From: the human T2T-CHM13v2.0 reference genome, Homo sapiens
Length of the DNA: 64,000 bases
Assembly: GCF_009914755.1 (NCBI RefSeq)
Contig: NC_060939.1
Direction: 5' to 3' (one strand)
Of the stretch, positions 27,201 through 42,200 are shown piece by piece. Below the pieces are notes generated by a model. It was given only the letters and a program-made list of their open reading frames with translations. It had not been told where the DNA came from and ran no database searches. The position numbers and the translations under genes were made by a program. How positions within the stretch are numbered: the first letter of the stretch is position 1; each line of letters starts with the position of its first letter.

Positions 27201-30200
27201 TATTCCTTTCGATTCCATTCCATTCTATTTCATTCAATTCGATTCCCTTCCATTGGACTCCTTTCCATTCGAGTGCATTCCATTCCGTTCCATTTCTTAC
27301 CGTTCTGTACGATTCCTACCATTCGATTTCATTTTGTTCCAGTCCATTCCTTTCGCGTCCATTCCATTCCATTTCACTCCATTCGATTCCATTCCACTCG
27401 ATTCCACTTCGTTCCATTTCATTGCATTCCATTCTATTCAACTCTATTGCCTTCCATTCCATTCCATTCGATTACATTCCATGCGATTCCGTTCAAAATC
27501 GAATCAGTTACATTGCAATCCATTACTATTGAGTCCATTTTATTCCAGTCCTCTGCATTCTGGTCCATTCCATTTGATTCCATTCCATTCTATTCCATTC
27601 CATACAGTTGCATTCCATTGGATTCCATTCTATATCTATAAATTCAATTCGAGACCATTGCTTTTGAATCCATTCTATATGATTCCATTCCATTCAAGTC
27701 CATTACATTTGGTTCAATTCCATTCCATTCCATTCCCTTCCATTCCATTCCAGTTGATATCAATCCATTCGATTCCATTCCATTCGAGCACATTCCATTC
27801 GAGTCCATTCCATTCGATGCCATTCCATTTGATTCTATTCCATTAGTCTCCATTCAATTCCATTAATCTCCATTCCATTCCATTCTACTCCAACTGATTC
27901 CATTCCATTCTATTCCTTTCCATTCCATTTCATTCCATTCCATTCCATTTCATTCCATTCCATTCCATTCGCTTCCATTCCATTCGTGTCCATTCCACTC
28001 CAGTCCATTCCATTCGTGTCCATTCCATTCCAGTCCATTCCATTTGTGTCCACTGCATTCCATTCCACTCCATTCCATATTATTCCATTACACTCCATTC
28101 CATTCTATTACTTTCATTTCCATTCAATTCCATTCCATTTGATTCCATTCCACTCGGTTTCATTCCATTTGAGTCCACTCCATTCCATTCCATTCCATTC
28201 CATGCAGTTCCATTCCATTCTGTTCCATTCCATTCCGTTCCATTGCATTCCATTCCATTCAGTATCATTCCATATTGTTCCATTCGATTCCATTCGAATC
28301 CATTCCATTCCAGTCCATTCCATTCGATTCCATTCCATTCCATTCAATTCCATTCCATTCCATTCCATTCCACTTGATTCCACTCCATTCCCTTCCACTG
28401 CATTCCATTCGATTCCATTCCATTGCATTGCATTCCATTCCATTGGACTGCATTCCATTCGATTCCATTCCATTCGAATCAATTACATAGCAATCCATTA
28501 CATTCGAGTCTATTCTATTCCATTCCATTCGATTTCGTTCCAATCCATTCGATTCCATTCCATTCGATTCCATTCCATACTATTGCATTCCATTCTATTA
28601 CATTATATTCGAATAAGTTCCATTCAAGACCATTTCTTTTGAGTCCATTCTATTTGAGTCCATTCCCTTTGATTCCATAAGATTTGAGTCCATTCAATTC
28701 CATTCCTTTCGTTTCCATTCCATTTGATGCCATTCCATTCAATTCTGTTCTACTCGACTCCAATACATTCAATTCATTCCATCCGATTCCATTACATTCT
28801 TTTCATTTCTTATCCATTTCAAGCCATTCCACTCCATTCCATTCCACTCGTTTCCTTTCAATTCGAGTCCATTCCTCTCCAGTCCATTCCGTTCAATCCA
28901 TTCCATTCCAGTCCATTCCATTCGAGTCCGTTCCATTCCAGTCCATTCCATTCGAGTCAATTCCATTCCATTCGATGTCTTTCCATAACGATCCATTCCA
29001 TTCTATTCCTTTCGATTCCATTCCATTCTATTTCATTCCACTCGATTCCCTTCCATTGGACTCCTTTCCATTCGAGTGCATTCCATTCCGTTCCATTTCT
29101 TTCCTTTCTGTACGATTCCTACCGTTCGATTTCATTTTGTTCCAGTCCATTCCTTTCGCGTCCATTCCATTCCATTTCACTCCATTCGATTCCATTCCAC
29201 TCGATTCCACTTCGTTCCATTTCATTGCATTCCATTCTATTCAACTCTATTTCCTTCCATTCCATTCCATTCGATTACATTCCATGCGATTCCATTCGAA
29301 ATGGAATCAATTACATTGTAATCCATTACTATTGAGTCCGTTTTATTCCAGTCCACTGCATTCTGGTCCATTCCATTTGATTCCATTCCATTTTATTCCA
29401 TTCCATACAGTTGCATTCCATTGGATTCCATGCTATATCTATAAATTCAATTCGAGACCATTGCTTTTGAGTCCATTCTATATGATTCCATTCCATTCAA
29501 GTCCATTACATTTGGTTCAATTCCATTCCATTCCATTCCCTTCCATTCCATTCCAGTTGATATCAATCCATTCGATTCCATTCCATTCGAGCACATTCCA
29601 TTCGAGTCCATTCCATTCGATGCCATTCCATTTGATTCTATTCCATTAGTCTCCATTCAATTCCATTAATCTCCATTCCATTCCATTCTACTCCAACTGA
29701 TTCCATTCCATTCTATTCCTTTCCATTCCATTTCATTCCATTCCATTCCATTTCATTCCATTCCATTCCATTCGTGTCCATTCCACTCCAGTCCATTCCA
29801 TTCGTGTCCATTCCATTCCAGTCCATTCCATTTGTGTCCACTGCATTCCATTCCACTCCATTCCATATTATTCCATTACACTCCATTCCATTCTATTACT
29901 TTCATTTCCATTTAATTCCATTCCATTTGATTCCATTCCACTCGGTTTCATTCCATTTGAGTCCACTCCATTCCATTCCATTCCATTCCATTCAGTTCCA
30001 TTCCATTCTGTTCCATTCCATTCCGTTCCATTGCATTCCATTCCATTCGGTACCATTCCATATTGTTCCATTCGATTCCATTCGAATCCATTCCATTCCA
30101 GTCCATTCCATTCGATTCCATTCCATTCCTTTCAATTCCATTCCATTCCATTCCATTCCACTTGATTCCACTCCATTCCCTTCCACTGCATTCCATTCGA

Positions 30201-33200
30201 TTCCATTCCATTGCATTGCATTCCATTCCATTGGACTGCATTCCATTCGATTCCATTCCATTCGAATCAATTACATAGCAATCCATTACATTCGAGTCTA
30301 TTCTATTCCGTTCCATTCGATTTCATTCCAATCCATTCGATTCCATTCCATTCGATTCCATTCCATACTATTGCATTCCATTCTATTACATTATATTCGA
30401 ATAAGTTCCATTCAAGACCATTTCTTTTGAGTCCGTTCTATTTGAGTCCATTCCCTTTGATTCCATAACATTTGAGTCCATTCAATTCCATTCCTTTCGT
30501 TTCCATTCCATTTGATGCCATTCCACTCAATTCTGTTCTACTCGACTCCAATACATTCAATTCCATTCCATCCGATTCCATTACATTCTTTTCATTTCTT
30601 ATCCATTTCAAGCCATTCCACTCCATTCCATTCCACTCGTTTCCTTTCCACTCGAGTCCATTCCTCTCCAGTCCATTCCGTTCAATCCATTCCATTCCAG
30701 TCCATTCCATTCGAGTCCGTTCCATTCCAGTCCATTCCATTCGAGTCAATTCCATTCCATTCGATGTCTTTCCATAACGATCCATTCCATTCTATTCCTT
30801 TCGATTCCATTCCATTCTATTTCATTCCATTCGATTCCCTTCCATTGGACTCCTTTCCATTCGAGTGCATTCCATTCCGTTCCATTTCTTTCCGTTCTGT
30901 ACGATTCTTACCGTTCGATTTCATTTTGTTCCAGTCCATTCCTTTCGCGTCCATTCCATTCCATTTCACTCCATTCGATTCCATTCCACTCGATTCCACT
31001 TCGTTCCATTTCATTGCATTCCATTCTATTCAACTCTATTGCCTTCCATTCCATTCCATTCGATTACATTCCATGCGATTGCATTCGAAATCGAATCAAT
31101 TACATTGCAATCCATTACTATTGAGTCCGTTTTATTCCAGTCCACTGCATTCTGGTCCATTCCATTTGATTCCATTCCATTCTATTCCATTCCATACAGT
31201 TGCATTCCTTTGGATTCCATGCTATATCTATAAATTCAATTCGAGACCATTGCTTTTGAGTCCATTCTTTATGATTCCATTCATTCAAGTCCATTACATT
31301 TGGTTCAATTCCATTCCATTCCATTCCCTTCCATTCCATTCCAGTTGATATCAATCCATTCGATTCCATTCCATTCGAGCACATTCCATTCGAGTCCATT
31401 CCATTCGATGCCATTCCATTTGATTCTATGCCATTAGTCTCCATTCAATTCCATTAATCTCCATTCCATTCCATTCTACTCCAACTGATTCCATTCCATT
31501 CTATTCCTTTCCATTCCATTTCATTCCATTCCATTCCACTTCATTCCATTCCATTCCATTCGTGTCCATTCCACTCCAGTCCATTCCATTCGTGTCCATT
31601 CCATTCCAGTCCATTCCATTTGTGTCCACTGCATTCCATTCCACTCCATTCCATATTATTCCATTACACTCCATTCCATTCTATAACTTTCATTTCCATT
31701 CAATTCCATTCCATTTGATTCCATTCCACTCGGTTTCATTCCATTTGAGTCCACTCCATTCCATTCCATTCTATTCAGTTCCATTCCATTCTGTTCCATT
31801 CCATTCCGTTCCATTACATTCCATTCCATTCGGTACCATTCCATATTGTTCCATTCGATTCCATTCGAATCCATTCCATTCCAGTCCATTCCATTCGATT
31901 CCATTCCATTCATTTCAATTCCATTCCATTCCATTCCATTCCATTCCACTTGATTCCTCTCCATTCCCTTCCACTGCATTCCGTTCGATTCCATTCCATT
32001 GCATTGCATTCCATTCCATTGGATTGCATTCCATTCGATTCCATTCCATTCGAATCAATTACATAGCAATCCATTACATTCGAGTCTATTCTATTCCGTT
32101 CCATTCGATTTCGTTCCAATCCATTCGATTCCATTCCATTCGATTCCATTCCATACTATTGCATTCCATTCGATTACATTATATTCGAATAAGTTCCATT
32201 CAAGACCATTTCTTTTGAGTCCATTCTATTTGAGTCCATTCCCTTTGATTCCATAACATTTGAGTCCATTCAATTCCATTCCTTTCGTTTGCATTCCATT
32301 TGATGCCATTCCAATCAATTCTGTTCTACTCGACTCCAATACATTCAATTCCATTCCATCCGATTCCATTACATTCTTTTCATTTCTTATCCATTTCAAG
32401 CCATTCCACTCCATTCCATTCCACTCGTTTCCTTTCCATTCGAGTCCATTCCTCTCCAGTCCATTCCGTTCAATCCATTTCTTTCCAGTCCATTCCATTC
32501 GAGTCCGTTCCATTCCAGTCCTCTCTATTCGAGTCAATTCCATCCCATTCGATGTCTTTCTATAACGATCCATTCCATTCTATTCCTTTCGATTCCATTC
32601 CATTCTACTTCATTCAATTCGATTCCCTTCCATTGGACTCCTTTCCATTCGAGTGCATTCCATTCCGTTCCATTTCTTACCGTTCTGTACGATTCCTACC
32701 GTTCGATTTCATTTTGTTCCAGTCCATTCCTTTCGCGTCCATTCCATTCCATTTCACTCCATTCGATTCCATTCCACTCGATTCCACTTCGTTCCATTTC
32801 ATTGCATTCCATTCTATTCAACTCTATTGCCTTCCATTCCATTCCATTCGATTACATTCCATGCGATTCCGTTCGAAATCGAATCAATTACATTGCAATC
32901 CATTACTATTGAGTCCATTTTATTCCAGTCTACTGCATTCTGGTCCATTCCATTCTATTCCATTCCATACAGTTGCATTCCATTGGATTCCATTCTATAT
33001 CTATAAATTCAATTCGAGACCATTGCTTTTGAATCCATTCTATATGATTCCATTCCATTCAAGTCCATTACATTTGGTTCAATTTCATTCCATTCCATTC
33101 CCTTCCATTCCATTCCAGTTGATATCAATCCATTCGATTCCATTCCATTCGAGCACATTCCATTTGAGTCCATTCCATTCGATGCCATTCCATTTGATTC

Positions 33201-36200
33201 TATTCCATTAGTCTCCATTCAATTCCATTAATCTCCATTCCATTCCATTCTACTCCAACTGATTCCATTCCATTCTATTCCTTTCCATTCCATTTCATTA
33301 CATTCCATTCCATTTCATTCCATTCCATTCCATTCCATTCCATTCGCTTCCATTCCATTCGTGTCCATTCCACTCCAGTCCATTCCATTCGTGTCCATTC
33401 CATTCCAGTCCATTCCATTTGTGTCCACTGCATTCCATTCCACTCCATTCCATATTATTCCATTACACTCCCTTCCATTCTATTACTTTCATTTCCATTC
33501 AATTCCATTCCATTTGATTCCATTCCACTCGGTTTCATTCCATTTGAGTCCACTCCATTCCATTCCATTCCATTCCATTCAGTTCCATTCCATTCTGTTC
33601 CATTCCATTCCGTTCCATTGCATTCCATTCCATTCGGTACCATTCCATATTGTTCCATTCGATTCCATTCGAATCCATTCCATTCCAGTCCATTCCATTC
33701 GATTCCATTCCATTCCTTTCAATTCCATTCCATTCCATTCCATTCCACTTGATTCCACTCCATTCCCTTCCACTGCATTCCATTCGATTCCATTCCATTG
33801 CATTGCATTCCATTCCATTGGACTGCATTCCATTCGATTCCATTCCATTCGAATCAATTACATAGCAATCCATTACATTCGAGTCTATTCTATTCCGTTC
33901 CATTCGATTTCATTCCAATCCATTCGATTCAATTCCATTCGATTCCATTCCATACTATTGCATTCCATTCGATTACATTATATTCGAATAAGTTCCATTC
34001 AAGACCATTTCTTTTGAGTCCATTCTATTTGAGTCCATTCCCTTTGATTCCATAACATTTGAGTCCATTCAATTCCATTCCTTTCGTTTCCATTCCATTT
34101 GATGCCATTCCACTCAATTCTGTTCTACTCGACTCCAATACATTCAATTCCATTCAATCCGATTCCATTACATTCTTTTCATTTCTTACCCATTTCAAGC
34201 CATTCCACTCCATTCCATTCCACTCGTTTCCTTTCCATTCGAGTCCATTCCTCTCCAGTCCATTCCGTTCAATCCATTCCATTCCAGTCCATTCCATTCG
34301 AGTCCGTTCCATTCCAGTCCATTCCATTCGAGTCAATTCCATTCCATTCGATGTCTTTCCATAACGATCCATTCCATTCTATTCCTTTCGATTCCATTCC
34401 ATTCTATTTCATTCCATTCGATTCCCTTCCATTGGACTCCTTTCCATTCGAGTGCATTCCATTCCGTTCCATTTCTTTCCGTTCTGTACGATTCTTACCG
34501 TTCGATTTCATTTTGTTCCAGTCCATTCCTTTCGCGTCCATTCCATTCCATTTCACTCCATTCGATTCCATTCCACTCGATTCCACTTCGTTCCATTTCA
34601 TTGCATTCCATTCTATTCAACTCTATTGCCTTCCATTCCATTCCATTCGATTACATTCCATGCGATTGCATTCGAAATCGAATCAATTACATTGCAATCC
34701 ATTACTATTGAGTCCGTTTTATTCCAGTCCACTGCATTCTGGTCCATTCCATTTGATTCCATTCCATTCTATTCCATTCCATACAGTTGCATTCCTTTGG
34801 ATTCCATGCTATATCTATAAATTCAATTCGAGACCATTGCTTTTGAGTCCATTCTATATGATTCCATTCCATTCAAGTCCATTGCATTTGGTTCAATTCC
34901 ATTCCATTCCAGTTGATATCAATCCATTCGATTCCATTCCATTCGAGCACATTCCATTCGAGTCCATTCCATTCCATGCCATTCCATTTGATTCTATGCC
35001 ATTAGTCTCCATTCAATTCCATTAATCTCCATTCCATTCCATTCTACTCCAACTGATTCCATTCCATTCTATTCCTTTCCATTCCATTTCATTCCATTCC
35101 ATTCCATTTCATTCCATTCCATTCCATTCGTGTCCATTCCACTCCAGTCCATTCCATTCGTGTCCATTCCATTCCAGTCCATTCCATTTGTGTCCACTGC
35201 ATTCCATTCCACTCCATTCCATATTATTCCATTACACTCCATTCCATTCTATTACTTTCATTTCCATTCAATTCCATTCCATTTGATTCCATTCCACTCG
35301 GTTTCATTCCATTTGAGTCCACTCCATTCCATTCCATTCCATTCAGTTCCATTCCATTCTGTTCCATTCCATTCCGTTCCATTACATTCCATTCCATTCG
35401 GTACCATTCCATATTGTTCCATTCGATTCCATTCGAATCCATTCCATTCCAGTCCATTCCATTCGATTCCATTCCATTCATTTCAATTCCATTCCATTCC
35501 ATTCCATTCCATTCCACTTGATTCCTCTCCATTCCCTTCCACTGCATTCCGTTCGATTCCATTCCATTGCATTGCATTCCATTCCATTGGTTTGCATTCC
35601 ATTCGATTCCATTCCATTCGAATCAATTACATAGCAATCCATTACATTCGAGTCTATTCTATTCCGTTCCATTCGATTTCGTTCCAATCCATTCGATTCC
35701 ATTCCATTCGATTCCATTCCATACTATTGCATTCCATTCGATTACATTATATTCGAATAAGTTCCATTCAAGACCATTTCTTTTGAGTCCATTCTATTTG
35801 AGTCCATTCCCTTTGATTCCATAACATTTGAGTCCATTCAATTCCATTCCTTTCGTTTGCATTCCATTTGATGCCATTCCAATCAATTCTGTTCTACTCG
35901 ACTCCAATACATTCAATTCCATTCCATCCGATTCCATTACATTCTTTTCATTTCTTATCCATTTCAAGCCATTCCACTCCATTCCATTCCACTCGTTTCC
36001 TTTCCATTCGAGTCCATTCCTCTCCAGTCCATTCCGTTCAATCCATTTCTTTCCAGTCCATTCCATTCGAGTCCGTTCCATTCCAGTCCTCTCTATTCGA
36101 GTCAATTCCATCCCATTCGATGTCTTTCCATAACGATCCATTCCATTCTATTCCTTTCGATTCCATTCCATTCTACTTCATTCAATTCGATTCCCTTCCA

Positions 36201-39200
36201 TTGGACTCCTTTCCATTCGAGTGCATTCCATTCCGTTCCATTTCTTACCGTTCTGTACGATTCCTACCGTTCGATTTCATTTTGTTCCAGTCCATTCCTT
36301 TCGCGTCCATTCCATTCCATTTCACTCCATTCGATTCCATTCCACTCGATTCCACTTCGTTCCATTTCATTGCATTCCATTCTATTCAACTCTATTGCCT
36401 TCCATTCCATTCCATTCGATTACATTCCATGCGATTCCGTTCGAAATCGAATCAATTACATTGCAATCCATTACTATTGAGTCCATTTTATTCCAGTCCA
36501 CTGCATTCTGGTCCATTCCATTTGATTCCATTCCATTCTATTCCATTCCATACAGTTGCATTCCATTGGATTCCATTCTATATCTATAAATTCAATTCGA
36601 GACCATTGCTTTTGAATCCATTCTATATGATTCCATTCCATTCAAGTCCATTACATTTGGTTCAATTTCATTCCATTCCATTCCCTTCCATTCCATTCCA
36701 GTTGATATCAATCCATTCGATTCCATTCCATTCGAGCACATTCCATTTGAGTCCATTCCATTCGATGCCATTCCATTTGATTCTATTCCATTAGTCTCCA
36801 TTCAATTCCATTAATCTCCATTCCATTCCATTCTACTCCAACTGATTCCATTCCATTCTATTCCTTTCCATTCCATTTCATTCCATTCCATTCCATTTCA
36901 TTCCATTCCATTCCATTCCATTCCATTCGCTTCCATTCCATTCGTGTCCATTCCACTCCAGTCCATTCCATTCGTGTCCATTCCATTCCAGTCCATTCCA
37001 TTTGTGTCCACTGCATTCCATTCCACTCCATTCCATATTATTCCATTACACTCCCTTCCATTCTATTACTTTCATTTCCATTCAATTCCATTCCATTTGA
37101 TTCCATTCCACTCGGTTTCATTCCATTTGAGTCCACTCCATTCCATTCCATTCCATTCCATTCAGTTCCATTCCATTCTGTTCCATTCCATTCCGTTCCA
37201 TTGCATTCCATTCCATTCGGTACCATTCCATATTGTTCCATTCGATTCCATTCGAATCCATTCCATTCCAGTCCATTCCATTCGATTCCATTCCATTCCT
37301 TTCAATTCCATTCCATTCCATTCCATTCCACTTGATTCCACTCCATTCCCTTCCACTGCATTCCATTCGATTCCATTCCATTGCATTGCATTCCATTCCA
37401 TTGGACTGCATTCCATTCGATTCCATTCCATTCGAATCAATTACATAGCAATCCATTACATTCGAGTCTATTCTATTCCGTTCCATTCGATTTCGTTCCA
37501 ATCCATTCGATTCCATTCCATTCGATTCCATTCCATACTATTGCATTCCATTCGATTACATTATATTCGAATAAGTTCCATTCAAGACCATTTCTTTTGA
37601 GTCCATTCTATTTGAGTCCATTCCCTTTGATTCCATAACATTTGAGTCCATTCAATTCCATTCCTTTCGTTTGCATTCCATTTGATGCCATTCCATTCAA
37701 TTCTGTTCTACTCGACTCCAATACATTCAATTCCATTCCATCCGATTCCATTACATTCTTTTCATTTCTTATACATTTCAAGCCATTCCACTCCACTCCA
37801 TTCCACTCGTTTCCTTTCCATTCGAGTCCATTCCTCTCCAGTCCATTCCGTTCAATCCATCCCATTCCAGTCCATTCCATTCGAGTCCGTTCCATTCCAG
37901 TCCATTCCATTCGAGTCAATTCCATTCCATTCGATGTCTTTCCATAACGATCCATTCCATTCTATTCCTTTCGATTCCATTCCATTCTATTTCATTCCAT
38001 TCGATTCCCTTCCATTGGACTCCTTTCCATTCGAGTGCATTCCATTCCGTTCCATTTCTTTCCGTTCTGTACGATTCCTACCGTTCGATTTCATTTTGTT
38101 CCAGTCCATTCCTTTCGCGTCCATTCCATTCCATTTCACTCCATTCGATTCAATTCCACTCGATTCCACTTCGTTCCATTTCATTGCATTCCATTCTATT
38201 CAACTCTATTTCCTTCCATTCCATTCCATTCGATTACATTCCATGCGATTCCATTCGAAATCGAATCAATTACATTGCAATCCATTACTATTGAGTCCGT
38301 TTTATTCCAGTCCACTGCATTCTGGTCCATTCCATTTGATTCCATTCCATTTTATTCCATTCCATACAGTTGCATTCCATTGGATTCCATGCTATATCTA
38401 TAAATTCAATTCGAGACCATTGCTTTTGAGTCCATTCTATATGATTCCATTCCATTCAAGTCCATTACATTTGGTTCAATTCCATTCCATTCCATTCCCT
38501 TCCATTCCATTCCAGTTGATATCAATCCATTCGATTCCATTCCATTCGAGCACATTCCATTCGAGTCCATTCCATTCCATGCCATTCCATTTGATTCTAT
38601 GCCATTAGTCTCCATTCAATTCCATTAATCTCCATTCCATTCCATTCTACTCCAACTGATTCCATTCCATTCTATTCCTTTCCATTCCATTTCATTCCAT
38701 TCCATTCCATTTCATTCCATTCCATTCCATTCGTGTCCATTCCACTCCAGTCCATTCCATTCGTGTCCATTCCATTCCAGTCCATTCCATTTGTGTCCAC
38801 TGCATTCCATTCCACTCCATTCCATATTATTCCATTACACTCCATTCCATTCTATTACTTTCATTTCCATTTAATTCCATTCCATTTGATTCCATTCCAC
38901 TCGGTTTCATTCCATTTGAGTCCACTCCATTCCATTCCATTCCATTCCATTCAGTTCCATTCCATTCTGTTCCATTCCATTCCGTTCCATTGCATTCCAT
39001 TCCATTCGGTACCATTCCATATTGTTCCATTCGATTCCATTCGAATCCATTCCATTCCAGTCTATTCCATTCGATTCCATTCCATTCCTTTCAATTCCAT
39101 TCCATTCCATTCCATTCCACTTGATTCCACTCCATTCCCTTCCACTGCATTCCATTCGATTCCATTCCATTGCATTGCATTCCATTCCATTGGACTGCAT

Positions 39201-42200
39201 TCCATTCGATTCCATTCCATTCGAATCAATTACATAGCAATCCATTACATTCGAGTCTATTCTATTCCGTTCCATTCGATTTCATTCCAATCCATTCGAT
39301 TCCATTCCATTCGATTTCATTCCATACTATTGCATTCCATTCTATTACATTATATTCGAATAAGTTCCATTCAAGACCATTTCTTTTGAGTCCATTCTAT
39401 TTGAGTCCATTCCCTTTGATTCCATAACATTTGAGTCCATTCAATTCCATTCCTTTCGTTTCCATTCCATTTGATGCCATTCCACTCAATTCTGTTCTAC
39501 TCGACTCCAATACATTCAATTCCATTCCATCCGATTCCATTACATTCTTTTCATTTCTTATCCATTTCAAGCCATTCCACTCCATTCCATTCCACTCGTT
39601 TCCTTTCCATTCGAGTCCATTCCTCTCCAGTCCATTCCGTTCAATCCATTCCATTCCAGTCCATTCCATTCGAGTCCGTTCCATTCCAGTCCTCTCTATT
39701 CGAGTCAATTCCATCCCATTCGATGTCTTTCCATAACGATCCATTCCATTCTATTCCTTTCGATTCCATTCCATTCTACTTCATTCAATTCGATTCCCTT
39801 CCATTGGACTCCTTTCCATTCGAGTGCATTCCATTCCGTTCCATTTCTTACCGTTCTGTACGATTCCTACCGTTCGATTTCATTTTGTTCCAGTCCATTC
39901 CTTTCGCGTCCATTCCATTCCATTTCACTCCATTCGATTCCATTCCACTCGATTCCACTTCGTTCCATTTCATTGCATTCCATTCTATTCAACTCTACTG
40001 CCTTCCATTCCATTCCATTCGATTACATTCCATGCGATTCCGTTCGAAATCGAATCAATTACATTGCAATCCATTACTATTGAGTCCATTTTATTCCAGT
40101 CCACTGCATTCTGGTCCATTCCATTTGATTCCATTCCATTCTATTCCATTCCATACAGTTGCATTCCATTGGATTCCATTCTATATCTATAAATTCAATT
40201 CGAGACCATTGCTTTTGAATCCATTCTATATGATTCCATTCCATTCAAGTCCATTACATTTGGTTCAATTCCATTCCATTCCATTCCCTTCCATTCCATT
40301 CCAGTTGATATCAATCCATTCGATTCCATTCCATTCGAGCACATTCCATTTGAGTCCATTCCATTCGATGTCATTCCATTTGATTCTATTCCATTAGTCT
40401 CCATTCAATTCCATTAATCTCCATTCCATTCCATTCTACTCCAACTGATTCCATTCCATTCTATTCCTTTCCATTCCATTTCATTCGATTCCATTCCATT
40501 TCATTCCATTCCATTCCATTTCATTCCATTCAATTCCATTCGTGTCCATTCCACTCCAGTCCATTCCATTCGTGTCCATTCCATTCCAGTCCATTCCATT
40601 TGTGTCCACTGCATTCCATTCCACTCCATTCCATATTATTCCATTACACTCCATTCCATTCTATTACTTTCATTTCCATTTAATTCCATTCCATTTGATT
40701 CCATTCCACTCGGTTTCATTCCATTTGAGTCCACTCCATTCCATTCCATTCCATTCCATTCAGTTCCATTCCATTCTGTTCCATTCCATTCCGTTCCATT
40801 GCATTCCATTCCATTCGGTACCATTCCATATTGTTCCATTCGATTCCATTCGAATCCATTCCATTCCAGTCCATTCCATTCGATTCCATTCCATTCCTTT
40901 CAATTCCATTCCATTCCATTCCATTCCACTTGATTCCACTCCATTCCCTTCCACTGCATTCCATTCGATTCCATTCCATTGCATTGCATTCCATTCCATT
41001 GGACTGCATTCCATTCGATTCCATTCCATTCGAATCAATTACATAGCAATCCATTACATTCGAGTCTATTCTATTCCGTTCCATTCGATTTCGTTCCAAT
41101 CCATTCGATTCCATTCCATTCGATTCCATTCCATACTATTGCATTCCATTCGATTACATTATATTCGAATAAGTTCCATTCAAGACCATTTCTTTTGAGT
41201 CCATTCTATTTGAGTCCATTCCCTTTGATTCCATAACATTTGAGTCCATTCAATTCCATTCCTTTCGTTTGCATTCCATTTGATGCCATTCCATTCAATT
41301 CTGTTCTACTCGACTCCAATACATTCAATTCCATTCCATCCGATTCCATTACATTCTTTTCATTTCTTATCCATTTCAAGCCATTCCACTCCACTCCATT
41401 CCACTCGTTTCCTTTCCATTCGAGTCCATTCCTCTCCAGTCCATTCCGTTCAATCCATTCCATTCCAGTCCATTCCATTCGAGTCCGTTCCATTCCAGTC
41501 CATTCCATTCGAGTCAATTCCATTCCATTCGATGTCTTTCCATAACGATCCATTCCATTCTATTCCTTTCGATTCCATTCCATTCTATTTCATTCCATTC
41601 GATTCCCTTCCATTGGACTCCTTTCCATTCGAGTGCATTCCATTCCGTTCCATTTCTTTCCGTTCTGTACGATTCCTACCGTTCGATTTCATTTTGTTCC
41701 AGTCCATTCCTTTCGCGTCCATTCCATTCCATTTCACTCCATTCGATTCCATTCCACTCGATTCCACTTCGTTCCATTTCATTGCATTCCATTCTATTCA
41801 ACTCTATTGCCTTCCATTCCATTCCATTCGATTACATTCCATGCGATTCCATTCGAAATCGAATCAATTACATTGCAATCCATTACTATTGAGTCCGTTT
41901 TATTCCAGTCCACTGCATTCTGGTCCATTCCATTTGATTCCATTCCATTTTATTCCATTCCATACAGTTGCATTCCATTGGATTCCATGCTATATCTATA
42001 AATTCAATTCGAGACCATTGCTTTTGAGTCCATTCTATATGATTCCATTCCATTCAAGTCCATTACATTTGGTTCAATTCCATTCCATTCCATTCCCTTC
42101 CATTCCATTCCAGTTGATATCAATCCATTCGATTCCATTCCATTCGAGCACATTCCATTCGAGTCCATTCCATTCGATGCCATTCCATTTGATTCTATTC

